64,000 nucleotides of DNA from an uncultured Lysobacteraceae bacterium (GCA_902825775.1 CADECF010000007.1:50457-114456); one strand, 5' to 3'. Shown: positions 48,431 through 59,235, counted from the first letter of the stretch. The notes: a model not told the origin generated them from the sequence alone. A program made the numbers and translations.

Positions 48431-49510
48431 CTAGCGCTTCGCCAGTTCCACTCGCCGGTTCTTCGCACGACCGGCTTCATCGGCGTTGCTGGTCAAGGGC
48501 TTGGTCATGCCGGCACCGCTGGGCTCCAGCCGTTCGGGCTTGATCGCGTAGTCCTCCACGAGTGCGGTCACCACGGCGGTGGCGCGGCGCTGCGACAAGG
48601 CCAGGTTGTAGTCCGCTCCGCCGACGTTGTCCGTGTGGCCGATCACCGACAAACGCAGCCCGGGCTGGGATGCCATCAGCTTGGCGATCTGTTCCAGCGT
48701 CGGCCGCGATTCTGGCTTGACCACCGATTTGTTGAAGTCGAAATGGATCCCGTAAAGCGAAATCGTGCCGGCGGCGGCCAGCGCGTCGGCCATGTCGTTC
48801 GCGCTGACGGCGACCATCTTGTTCTCGATCGGCTTGGGTTCCACCGCGATCACCATCACGGCCGTGCGGTCGTTGAGCACGCCGCAATAGGCGTGGCCCG
48901 GCGAATTGATGCGATAAACGTAAACGCCGATCGTGCGTTGTCCGCCGGCGCCGTCGGGCTGGGTCGCCAGGTAGTAGCGCTGCTCGGCCGGATCCTCGAC
49001 GCTCGCGCAGTAACCCGTGCTCCCGTAAACATCTTTCAGGCGGCTGTTCGGATAAAGCCGCTCCAGCAAGCCTTGGGTACCGCCGCCGTGATCGTTGCCC
49101 ACCAGATCTCCGCCGCATCCCATGTCTTTGCAGCCATAGACCGATTTGCCGCCGTTGGCCTTGATCTCATCGATGTAGTTGCGCATGACTTCCAGCGTCG
49201 ATCGATCCTGAGGCGCGATGTACAGCAATCGCGTGTAGCGCCCTTCCGTCGAAATGGTGCGCGCGGGCACCGCCAGCCGGTTGTTCTTGGCGTCGCGTTG
49301 GCTGCCGTCCTCGCGTACGGCCAGAGGCGACGCCGGAAACGCGAACGCGTCGAAAGGCTTGTGTTCGTAATTGACGATGAAGCTGCCTTCGAAACGCTTC
49401 AGCCAGGCCGGATCGCGCGCGCCATCGACATCCACGATGGGGGATTCGGCGCCATAAGCGGCCAACGCAGGCACCAACGCGAGTGCCATCGACGCCAGAC
49501 GGATCGACAT
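48431..49510 (-). CDS. OmpA-family peptidoglycan-binding protein with a DUF4892-like N-terminal domain
   Basis: Met 15 of the track ORF with an AAGGAG RBS and a signal peptide. C-terminal OmpA_C motif (HTDNVGGADYNLALSQRRA...NRRVEL). Sits 35 nt downstream of adhesin 3. Confidence 0.85.
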   Translation of the reverse strand: MSIRLASMALALVPALAAYGAESPIVDVDGARDPAWLKRFEGSFIVNYEHKPFDAFAFPASPLAVREDGSQRDAKNNRLAVPARTISTEGRYTRLLYIAPQDRSTLEVMRNYIDEIKANGGKSVYGCKDMGCGGDLVGNDHGGGTQGLLERLYPNSRLKDVYGSTGYCASVEDPAEQRYYLATQPDGAGGQRTIGVYVYRINSPGHAYCGVLNDRTAVMVIAVEPKPIENKMVAVSANDMADALAAAGTISLYGIHFDFNKSVVKPESRPTLEQIAKLMASQPGLRLSVIGHTDNVGGADYNLALSQRRATAVVTALVEDYAIKPERLEPSGAGMTKPLTSNADEAGRAKNRRVELAKR

Positions 49511-49545
49511 GAGATTTCTCCTTTCAGAATGTTGCCGCAACGGCT

Positions 49546-51246
49546 TCACCAACCCACGCCCCAGCCCATGCCCACCGTGTCTTCGCCATCGCCGCTGAAG
49601 GCGCCGCCGACGGTGAATGCTGCGCTGTCGCCGACGGCGCGCTGATAGCCCACCGCCAACGCGGCGTGGCCGGCCTGGTAGCCCGTGCCTACTGCGAGGC
49701 GATTGCGGGTGCGGATGCCGGCGGCGGTCGCGGTCATCTGCGCCATCGCCGTGCCCATCGCGCCGATCCGGCTGATGCGCTTGTCTTGGTTCGCGAAGCG
49801 CTGGTTGAATTCGCCGCGCAGCGCGGTCATCTCTTCGGCCGCGGCCGAGAATGCTTTCAGCTGGCGCATGTTGACCGCGTCGGTGTCCTCCACGCCGTCG
49901 GCGACATGGGTGATCTGGCGCTCGTCGCCCTGGCTTCCGACCGAGACCGTGTTTTCGCGATCCGCGACCGAAAATGCGCCGATCGCGACGCTGCCGGAGG
50001 CCGATGCCGTAGCCGAATGGCCGAGCGCATAGGCGTTCTCGCCGGTCACCGTATTGCTGTTGCCGAACGCGCCGCTGTTCTCGCCGCTCGCGGTGTTGAA
50101 CGTGCCGAACGCATTGCTGAACATGCCGCTGGCGATATTGGCGTCGCCGAACGCATTGCTGCGGTCGCCGTTGGCCTGATTGGTCGCGCCGACCGCGCTG
50201 CTCCTGAAACCCTGGGCTTCGTTGCCGATGCCGATCGCGTTGCCGGCCTCGGAGGTGACGACGTTGCCGAATCCCACCGCCGTAGACGCGCTACCGCTCG
50301 CGATATTGCCGCTTCCCAATGCGTTGGCGCCTTGCGCGATGGCTTGGTTGGCGTAGCCCAATGCGTTGCTCTGGAGGCCTTCGGCACGGTTGCTCATGCC
50401 GACCGCAGTGCTGCTCTGCGCTATCGCCGAGTTGAAAGCGCCGAGCGCGGTGCTCGCTTCGGCATCGGCGTTGTTCATGAAACCAAGCGAGGACGAGTTG
50501 ACCCCGAGGGCTTGGTTGTTCGAACCGATGACAACGCTATTAGTGCCTTCGGCGGTGCTGAAATTGCCCATCGCAGTGCTGAAATCGCCGATCGCGCGCG
50601 TTTGCCGGCCGAACGCGCTGGCGCCCTCCCCTTCGGCGATGGCGACTACTCCTACCGCCGTGCTTCCCGCGCCGCTGGCGAAATTTCCCATGCCCATCGC
50701 CACGCTGGATTCGCCCGCAGCCTGGTTGCCGTAGCCCACGGCGGAGGCGGTGGTGTCGCTCGCAAGGTTGTTGTAGCCCACCGCCGTGCTTTGATCGGCC
50801 AACGCTTCGTTGCTGGCGCCCAGCGCGGTGCTGTTCTCGCCCTCGGCGACATTGGTCATGCCGAACGCGCTGGATTGGAAACCGCTGGCAAGGTTGCCGA
50901 CGCCGACCGCGGAGGAAGCCACGCCTGCGGCGCCGTTATTGACGCCCATCGCCGTGGACGAACCTTCCGATGCCGAATTCGCAAGACCTATCGCGGTCGC
51001 GGAAGTGTCGGTGGCCTCGTTCTCGCGACCGATGGCGGTCGCCGACGCGCCGTTAGCAGTGTTGGCCGCGCCGCAGGCCAGCGCATCGACACCCGCGGCC
51101 GTGCTGCCGCCATCGACTTCATGCGTCGTCGTGTCGCCGTCGTTCATTTCGCAGGTCTGCTGCGACCAAGCCGGTGCCGAGATCGCGCACAGCAATAAGG
51201 CAGGGAGCCATCGGCCCGATCTAGAACCGAGGGTGGTGTGGTTCAT
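49546..51246 (-). CDS. YadA-like trimeric autotransporter adhesin (adhesin 3)
   Basis: 566 aa with an AGGAG RBS. Signal peptide ...APAWSQ and dense head repeats. The C-terminal anchor ends ...GMGWGVGW and closely resembles that of adhesin 1. Confidence 0.85.
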   Translation of the reverse strand: MNHTTLGSRSGRWLPALLLCAISAPAWSQQTCEMNDGDTTTHEVDGGSTAAGVDALACGAANTANGASATAIGRENEATDTSATAIGLANSASEGSSTAMGVNNGAAGVASSAVGVGNLASGFQSSAFGMTNVAEGENSTALGASNEALADQSTAVGYNNLASDTTASAVGYGNQAAGESSVAMGMGNFASGAGSTAVGVVAIAEGEGASAFGRQTRAIGDFSTAMGNFSTAEGTNSVVIGSNNQALGVNSSSLGFMNNADAEASTALGAFNSAIAQSSTAVGMSNRAEGLQSNALGYANQAIAQGANALGSGNIASGSASTAVGFGNVVTSEAGNAIGIGNEAQGFRSSAVGATNQANGDRSNAFGDANIASGMFSNAFGTFNTASGENSGAFGNSNTVTGENAYALGHSATASASGSVAIGAFSVADRENTVSVGSQGDERQITHVADGVEDTDAVNMRQLKAFSAAAEEMTALRGEFNQRFANQDKRISRIGAMGTAMAQMTATAAGIRTRNRLAVGTGYQAGHAALAVGYQRAVGDSAAFTVGGAFSGDGEDTVGMGWGVGW

Positions 51247-51336
51247 GGATAGACTCCTGGACCGGGCCGGATGGCCCCCTGTACCTAAGAGCGGAATCCA
51301 CGAATCAGACGCGACAATCGCGATCGAGCCGGCAGG

Positions 51337-54054
51337 TCAACCCTGGATATGGCGCCGCAAGGTAGCGCCGCGGTCCAGCAACTGCCGCTGCGCGCCGCCT
51401 TGGGTCAACGTCGCCAACTCGAAGTAAGCGTCCACCAGATCGGGGGCATCGAAGGGGAAATCGGCATCCAGGGACTTCACCAGCTGCTCCAGGGTCGAGC
51501 GGCTGTCGGCCGGGCGGCCGAGATGGCGCTGGTCGCGGGCCAACTCCAGCTGAGCCCCTAATGCATAGAACTCGGTCGATCGATAGCGGCCTTCGCGGTG
51601 CTTCTCCAATCGCTGAACCGCGAGCCGGTGAAGCGCCGACGCACGGCGTGCGTCGCCTTCGACTCGCGCCAGCGTGCCCAAACCATTGAGAGCCAGCCCA
51701 TACGCCGCGCTGTCCGGCTTGGCCGCGTCCCGCACTTGCCGATACAGCGCACCTGCTTCGGCGAAACGACCTTGCCGCAGCATCAACCGGGCAACATTGA
51801 TCCGCAGATAAGGCAGGCTGTGCGGATCGCGTCCGGTCTCCGACAGTTCGTCGAGCGCTTCCTGGTAGAACCGCTCGGCGGCTCGGAAATCGCCGGCGGC
51901 TTCCTCGATCCGCGCCATGTTCAGCGCGACGGCGGCACGATGCAGAAGACTATCCTGGGGCTGCTTGCGCATGATTGCGCTGGCGCGCTCCATGTAAGGC
52001 CGCGCTTCGCGATAACGCCCGCCGGACATGAGGATACGGGCCGTCCAGCACAGGCTGCTCACCGTCTCGGCGCTGTTTTCGCCGTACACGGCCACCGTGT
52101 CTTCCAACGATTGTCGCGTCAGCTGGGCGGCGAACGCATAGCGGCGCTGGCGGACATAGTCGGAGACCAGCTGCAGGCGCAGTGCGGAGGTCTCGGGATG
52201 GTGGCGCGGCAAGTCGCGCAGCGCGGCCGACAAGGCCCGCTCATGCAGCGCCTGGGCTTGCGCCCCTCGGCCGAGCGTGTCCCAGGTGTCGGCGAGCATG
52301 CGCATCGCGCGCACGCGGCGGGGATCGTGTCGGGTAAGAATGCGTTCGGCCAGGCTGAGCGCCTCTTTTGCGTTGTTTTCCGCTTCCTCGCGGCTTTCCG
52401 CCAACTGATAGAAGGTCACGGCCAACAAAGCGTCCACGCGCGCCGGCGATTCGGGCACTTCGCGCAGCACGCTTTCGAGCGCAGCCGCTTCGGGCCGCAT
52501 CGAAGCGATGTCGCCACGCCGCGAAGCGAGTTCGAGCCGGGTGGCATACAGTTCCGCGCGTCCCTCGACATTCAAATGGATCTGCAGGCCCTGCGCACGA
52601 TCCAGCAGCGCCCACGCCGTTTCGAGCTCGCCGAGCGATACGTAGCTGCGCGCCATGACCGTAAGCAGTTCCGCTGCGACGGCAGGCTGTTGCGCCAATT
52701 CCGGCCCCAACCTTTCCCGTCCCCGGTCCAGTGCCTCGTGAACGCTGAGCCTTTGCCCGGGCTGCGTATCGGGCGAAGCCGATTCCAACAAGCTCGACAC
52801 GAACTCCTTAACGGCCATTGCCGTGCGCGCGCGCTCGTCGGCGACGCGCGCCTGCCACAGCGCGGCGCCGGAAGCGGTGATCAACGCCAGCAAGCCCGCC
52901 ACGCTGGCCGCCACGCTCCAGCGATGCCGACGCACGAGCTTGCCGAGGCGATAGCGCCGGTCGCCGCGCAGGCTGATGGGACGCCCTTCGGCTACGGCCC
53001 GCAGATCGTCGGCCATGGCGATGGCGGAGCGATAGCGTCGCTCCGGCGCAGGATCCAAGGCGACGCGAAGGATCCGATCGAGATCTCCGCGCAGCGCCGC
53101 GCGCAATGCCGCGTGGTTGCGCAGCCCGCGGCTGCCGGCCGCGCCGGGCAGGCACGCGCGCGAGGCCATCGGAGGTTCGCGCGAAGCGAGCGTGTTGGCG
53201 AACGGGCGAACGCCGGCGAGCAACTCGAAGGCGACGGCGCCCAAGGAATAGATGTCGGTCGCGGTGCTGACCGGTTCGTTGTTGAGCTGTTCCGGCGCGG
53301 CGTAATCGGGTGTCATGAGCGCCGTTTCGACGCCGCGACTATTGCCTTCGGCGATCAGTCGCTTGGCGATGCCGAAATCCAGCAGATGCGGCTCGCCGCG
53401 CATATCGACCATGATGTTGGTCGGTTTGATGTCGCGATGGACGATCAAGTAGCGATGCGCGTAGTCGACCGCATCGCAGACCTTCGCGAAAAGCCTGAGC
53501 CTGGCGGGTATCGAAAGTTCGTGCCGATCGCACCAGTCGACGAGCGACGCGCCGTCGATCCACTCCATGCAATACCAAGGCTGGCCATCGCTGGCGAAGC
53601 CGCCGTCGTACAGCCGGGCGATATTGGGATGCTCCAAACGGGCCAGCACGCGCCGCTCGGCCAGAAAGCGTTGGCGGGCCTGGACGCCGCCCAGGCCCGT
53701 GCGCATGAGCTTGAGCGCCACCGCGCGCTCCATGTCCCGGTCTCCGTGCCGGGCCAGATAGACATCGCCCATACCGCCGCGTCCGATGACTTTCTCGATG
53801 CGATAGGGACCGCACCACTTGCCGATCCGGTTGGCCGGGTCCTCGTCGAGCAAATTCCCCGCATAGGCTTCCACGCCTTCGTCCAGATGCGCAGCGTCGG
53901 CGTCGGCGTCCAACAACCGCTCGACCCGCCGGCGCAACAAGGCATCGCTTCCGCAAGCCAACGCGAGCCGCTCCGCGCGCGCGGCCGCGTCCAGCGGCAG
54001 CAATTCGTCGAAGAGCTCCGCCGCTCTGCGCCAACGCCAGGCATCGCCGTTCAT
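51337..54054 (-). CDS. Membrane Ser/Thr protein kinase with a large C-terminal TPR domain
   Basis: Met 189 of the 1093-aa track ORF. Kinase motifs GRGGMGDVY, AVALK, HRDIKPTN, DFGIAK and APE. One TM (SVAASVAGLLALITASGAALW), then about 570 aa of TPR-like repeats. ATGA overlap with the sigma-factor stop. Confidence 0.85.
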   Translation of the reverse strand: MNGDAWRWRRAAELFDELLPLDAAARAERLALACGSDALLRRRVERLLDADADAAHLDEGVEAYAGNLLDEDPANRIGKWCGPYRIEKVIGRGGMGDVYLARHGDRDMERAVALKLMRTGLGGVQARQRFLAERRVLARLEHPNIARLYDGGFASDGQPWYCMEWIDGASLVDWCDRHELSIPARLRLFAKVCDAVDYAHRYLIVHRDIKPTNIMVDMRGEPHLLDFGIAKRLIAEGNSRGVETALMTPDYAAPEQLNNEPVSTATDIYSLGAVAFELLAGVRPFANTLASREPPMASRACLPGAAGSRGLRNHAALRAALRGDLDRILRVALDPAPERRYRSAIAMADDLRAVAEGRPISLRGDRRYRLGKLVRRHRWSVAASVAGLLALITASGAALWQARVADERARTAMAVKEFVSSLLESASPDTQPGQRLSVHEALDRGRERLGPELAQQPAVAAELLTVMARSYVSLGELETAWALLDRAQGLQIHLNVEGRAELYATRLELASRRGDIASMRPEAAALESVLREVPESPARVDALLAVTFYQLAESREEAENNAKEALSLAERILTRHDPRRVRAMRMLADTWDTLGRGAQAQALHERALSAALRDLPRHHPETSALRLQLVSDYVRQRRYAFAAQLTRQSLEDTVAVYGENSAETVSSLCWTARILMSGGRYREARPYMERASAIMRKQPQDSLLHRAAVALNMARIEEAAGDFRAAERFYQEALDELSETGRDPHSLPYLRINVARLMLRQGRFAEAGALYRQVRDAAKPDSAAYGLALNGLGTLARVEGDARRASALHRLAVQRLEKHREGRYRSTEFYALGAQLELARDQRHLGRPADSRSTLEQLVKSLDADFPFDAPDLVDAYFELATLTQGGAQRQLLDRGATLRRHIQG

Positions 54055-54611
54055 TCGGGCTCGCCGTTCAAATGCATCTGCAAGAAGGCGCGTGCCCGGC
54101 GCCAATCGCGCTGCACGGTGCGCACGCTGACGCCGAGCAACTGGGCGATCTCCTCGTTCTCCATGCCGGCGTAAAAACGGCATTCGACCAGCGTGACGTA
54201 AGCCGGGTCGAGGGTTTCCAGCAGCTGGATGCAACGCTCGATGCTGATCAGGTCCAGGGGATTGCCCGGTTCGGGCGCGACGAGATCCCGGGATTCCAGC
54301 GTCACCGCGACCCAACCCCCGCCCCGCTTGGCGGCTTCGCGTTGACGGACATGATCGATCAGCACATGACGCATGGCCTTTCCGGCCAGCGCCATGAAGG
54401 CGCTGCGGTCGTGAACGCCCTGCGGAATCTTCAGTTTCAGATAGAGCTCGTGCACCAGCGCAACCGTGTCGATCGTGATGCGCTGGCGCCCGCCCAGAAG
54501 ACGCCGGGCCATGGTGCTCAGCTCGCCGTAGACCTCGGCGAAAAAACGGTTTTGAGGCAAATCGCCCGTATCCGGTCCCGCCTGGGCGCAACGCATGGTG
54601 GGCTGGTCCAC
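54051..54611 (-). CDS. ECF-type RNA polymerase sigma factor (TIGR02999-like, kinase-associated type)
   Basis: 186 aa. Region 2 (VHELYLKL) and region 4 HTH (LGVSVRTVQRDWRRARAFL). The start is GTG at 54611 or the ATG five codons downstream. Confidence 0.85.
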   Translation of the reverse strand: MDQPTMRCAQAGPDTGDLPQNRFFAEVYGELSTMARRLLGGRQRITIDTVALVHELYLKLKIPQGVHDRSAFMALAGKAMRHVLIDHVRQREAAKRGGGWVAVTLESRDLVAPEPGNPLDLISIERCIQLLETLDPAYVTLVECRFYAGMENEEIAQLLGVSVRTVQRDWRRARAFLQMHLNGEPE

Positions 54612-54769
54612 GAGGCATCGTCTCCGGGCATCGCTACACCCCTATCAACGGGAGCAGGCTTCAGCAGAGGCCAATGATGGACCGCTGAATGCGAGTTGGG
54701 TCCGTGTGAAGCGCATTTCAGATCCCATTACTGCAGCTATCAAGCGATCATCGCGCAGCAATCGGACAT

Positions 54770-54809
54770 GGGCGCGCCAGGACTCGAACCTGGAACCAAG
54801 GATTATGAG
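54770..54809 (-). pseudogene. 3-prime-half fragment of a tRNA(CAT)-like gene
   Basis: CCAGGACTCGAACCTGGAACC-AAGGATTATGAG matches the T-arm to anticodon-loop part of the intact tRNA at 55553-55628 with one indel. It has a different acceptor strand, and no D-arm, 5-prime acceptor or CCA. Confidence 0.55.
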
Positions 54810-54998
54810 CTGCTCTGAAAATCAATAAGCTATTGATATCGAAGCGCAACGTAACGCCGCTGTACGGATCGGCGAAGGAACGGAACCACTCGTTTCTGGG
54901 TTAGCCATGTCCCAGGAATGTGCTTGCGCACATTCCCGTTTTTGGGGTCTATTGAACGTTAGGCCGCTTGGGCAACCCCGCTTATTCGGAGAGGGCAA

Positions 54999-55508
54999 AT
55001 GATCGAACTTCCCATAAGAGATCCGTGCGACCTTTGTGCGGCGGGTCGCGAAGAAAGATGGAAGATCATAGAAGAAAGCGAACATACGTTAACCGTGATC
55101 AATCCGTGGCAATTCGAAGTCGGCCAGTGCTGCGTCATCACTCGTCGGCATGTCGCGACACTGCTCGACCTTTCTGACCAGGAGTGCGGGGCCATCATGG
55201 CCTCGGCTAAGAGAGTCGCAGAGGCGCTCGTCAAGACTTATCGGCCCCTCGGAATACTTACCTTCCAAAACAACGGGGTCTATAGCGGACAGGAAACGCC
55301 GCACTTCCATTTCCATGTCGTGCCTCGGCAGAAAGGCAGCGATTGGGGCGTAGGCCCGCCTCAACTCGCAACGTTCGATGGCGCCGGACGCAAAAGGGGT
55401 ACCCCGCACGATCCAAGCGGGGATGCGCAGCGTCGAGAGCGAGTTCAAGCTTCTGCCAAGCGACTTACCGAAACCGCGGACCTGATTCGTTCGAATCTGC
55501 CGGAGTAG
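54999..55508 (+). CDS. HIT-family (histidine triad) nucleotide hydrolase/transferase
   Basis: 169 aa. Histidine triad HFHFHVVP. Local GC is visibly lower than in the flanks. Confidence 0.85.
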   Translation: MIELPIRDPCDLCAAGREERWKIIEESEHTLTVINPWQFEVGQCCVITRRHVATLLDLSDQECGAIMASAKRVAEALVKTYRPLGILTFQNNGVYSGQETPHFHFHVVPRQKGSDWGVGPPQLATFDGAGRKRGTPHDPSGDAQRRERVQASAKRLTETADLIRSNLPE

Positions 55509-55552
55509 CTAGGTTGCTGCAGTGACCCGCGGGGACATGGCTTTGAAAGACT

Positions 55553-55628
55553 TGGTGGGCCCACCAGGACTCGAACCTGGAACCAAAGGATTATGAGTCC
55601 TCTGCTCTAACCATTGAGCTATAGGCCC
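55553..55628 (-). tRNA. tRNA-Met (anticodon CAT; a lysidine-modified tRNA-Ile2 cannot be excluded)
   Basis: 76 nt fold by hand: acceptor GGGCCTA/TGGGCCC, D-arm GCTC-AATGGTTA-GAGC, anticodon arm GAGGA-CTCATAA-TCCTT, T-arm CCAGG-TTCGAGT-CCTGG, encoded CCA. Confidence 0.9.
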
Positions 55629-55734
55629 GCCGACGGCGCAGTTTAGGGCAGCGCCGTCCGGCCGTCAGCCTGTGCTGACAGGATGTTGTCAGCAGACGGG
55701 CGTAGGCTGGACTCCCCACAGCAGGAGATTGGCA

Positions 55735-56106
55735 ATGAATACCGAAAAAATCGCCGCGCGCCTGGTCGAGTTGTGCCGCGAAGGCAAGTACGAACAGGCC
55801 CAGGACGAGCTGTATGCGCAGGACGCGGTCAGCGTCGAGATGGAAGGCGCGCCCGGCGGCGCTTCGGGCAACGTCCAGGGCCTGGACGCCATACGCGAGA
55901 AAGGCCGCAAGTGGCAGGAGAGCATCGAGACCATCCACGGCGGCAGCGTCGGAGATCCGATCGTATCCGGCGACTGGTTCAGCGTCGCGATGGGGATCGA
56001 TGCGACCTACAAAGGCATGGGCCGCATGGACATGAAGGAGATCTGCGTGTACCAGGTGCGCGACGGGAAGATCGCACGCGAGCAATTCTTCTACAACGTC
56101 GGCTGA
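55735..56106 (+). CDS. SnoaL/NTF2-like small protein
   Basis: Met 22 of the track ORF with a CAGGAG RBS. 123 aa, MNTEKIAARLVELCREGKYEQAQDELYA... is typical of the SnoaL-like fold family. Confidence 0.7.
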   Translation: MNTEKIAARLVELCREGKYEQAQDELYAQDAVSVEMEGAPGGASGNVQGLDAIREKGRKWQESIETIHGGSVGDPIVSGDWFSVAMGIDATYKGMGRMDMKEICVYQVRDGKIAREQFFYNVG

Positions 56107-56145
56107 GCTTCTGCTTTTCCCCCTTTTTCAAAGGGGGAGGAACAG

Positions 56146-56180
56146 CAAAAAAGCCCCGCACGAGGCGGGGCTTTTTGTTT
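56146..56180. terminator. Bidirectional rho-independent terminator (SnoaL-like gene / rpoD)
   Basis: AAAAAA-GCCCCGC-ACGA-GGCGGGGC-TTTTTGTTT between convergent genes. Confidence 0.7.
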
Positions 56181-56198
56181 GCTTGATATGAACCGCGC

Positions 56199-58049
<1,851 letters not shown>

Positions 58050-58106
58050 GTGCGGCGCCACCGGGAGAGAAAGTGAACCCGTAATTATACCAGCCTGAGG
58101 GCCGGG

Positions 58107-58547
58107 TCAGGCCTTGAGCAGGAAGGTCACCGGGCCGTCATTGACCAGGCTGACCACCATATGGGCACCGAATCGGCCGGTTTCCACCCCTGGCAGGTGT
58201 TTTTCGCGACAAATATCCACCAGTCGTCCGAAGATCCGTTCAGCCTCGGCCGGGACAGCGGCGGTACTGAAGCCCGGGCGCATGCCAGAGCGGGTATCGG
58301 CGGCCAGGGTGAACTGGCTGACCAGCAACAGGCCGCCGCCGGCATCGGCCAGCGAACGGTTCATCCGCCCCTCTTCGTCCGCGAATACCCGGTAGCCGAG
58401 CAGGCGCTCGGCCATCCGGGCCAGTTGCGGCTCGCCGTCTTCCGGTTCCACGCCGACCAGAGCCAGCAGGCCAGGACCGATGGCGCCGACGGTTTCGCCG
58501 TCGACGACGACCGCGGCTTGGGTGACGCGTTGGATCAGGGCGAGCAT
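58107..58547 (-). CDS. dtd: D-aminoacyl-tRNA deacylase
   Basis: Met 26 of the track ORF gives MLALIQRV... Motifs SQFTL and NDGPVT. 146 aa. Confidence 0.95.
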   Translation of the reverse strand: MLALIQRVTQAAVVVDGETVGAIGPGLLALVGVEPEDGEPQLARMAERLLGYRVFADEEGRMNRSLADAGGGLLLVSQFTLAADTRSGMRPGFSTAAVPAEAERIFGRLVDICREKHLPGVETGRFGAHMVVSLVNDGPVTFLLKA

Positions 58548-58554
58548 GCGGGTC

Positions 58555-58600
58555 CGGGAATCGGGAATCGGGAATCGGGAATCGGGAATCGGGAATCGGG
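58555..58600. repeat. Heptanucleotide tandem repeat (CGGGAAT) x6 plus a partial unit
   Basis: Six perfect head-to-tail copies read directly, starting about 7 nt upstream of the dtd start codon. Confidence 0.9.
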
Positions 58601-58614
58601 GCAAGCCTCTCACA

Positions 58615-59235
58615 CCCGTCATCCCGACGAAAGCCGGGATCCAGCGACGTTGCTCCGGCTTTGTAGAGCAGAGCTTGCTCCGCTGCTCATCGCTTGTAGG
58701 GTTTGGCGACTTACCGACTTTTCAGGCCATAGACCCGAATGCTTCTTTAGCGAAAAGCCAAAGAAGACACGTCGCCGCAATCGCGGTTAATCAAAATCTA
58801 GTACCTGCGTAAGAAGGTCACCTACGACGAAAGCACGGCTGCCCGCGGACCTTTCAGTCACGACGAATCGCACCGCAGTTCAGGCCCTTTCTTTGGTTAC
58901 TTTCTTTGGGCCAACAAAGAAAGTGACCCGGCGCAGCCGGAAGCGTTTGTCCATGGCGCGAGTCGCAGCGCAGCCACCCACAAGGATGCGAGCCTGGATG
59001 ACATGCCGCTCCTGCGGCATGCCCTGCGGGCCATCTGCTACGCAGATGTTCGCTCCGGCATCCTGCCTCCGCAGTCCGGCGTTCGCCGGGATGACGGCTG
59101 AAAGCAAAGTCACTGGGTCCCCGCCTCCGCGGGGATGACGGCTTTAAGGGCAAGGGCAACAGCAAAAATGGGTCCCAGCGTTCGCTGGGATGACGGCCTT
59201 AAAAGCAAGAGCAGCGGAGCAAGCTCCGCTCTACA
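58615..59235. repeat. Intergenic mosaic of REP and hairpin modules (copy 2, inverted relative to 20019-20514)
   Basis: GTCATCCCGACGAAAGCCGGGATCCAG, forward REP-A (58662-58688), tail ATCAAAATCTAGTACCTGCGTAAGAAGGTCAC, hairpin GGTTACTTTCTTTGGGCCAACAAAGAAAGTGACC, three GGGATGACGGC-type units, and reverse REP-A (59209-59235). Confidence 0.75.

Noticed and set aside
54055-54618. Single 1093-aa ORF joining the kinase to upstream sequence
   Set aside because: The first 188 residues overlap the ECF sigma gene in a different frame and are Arg/Gly/Pro-rich. The kinase start at the ATGA overlap (54054) is far more plausible.
54612-55552. Intact integrative element or prophage at the tRNA
   Set aside because: No integrase, excisionase or phage genes are present. 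Only a 0.78-kb remnant with one HIT gene lies between the tRNA and its partial copy.
58555-58600. Tandem repeat considered as a CRISPR array or as coding PIPDSRF repeats of a longer Dtd
   Set aside because: The units are 7 nt with no spacers, so it is not a CRISPR array. Dtd homology begins at MLALIQRV, so the upstream in-frame extension is unlikely to be translated.
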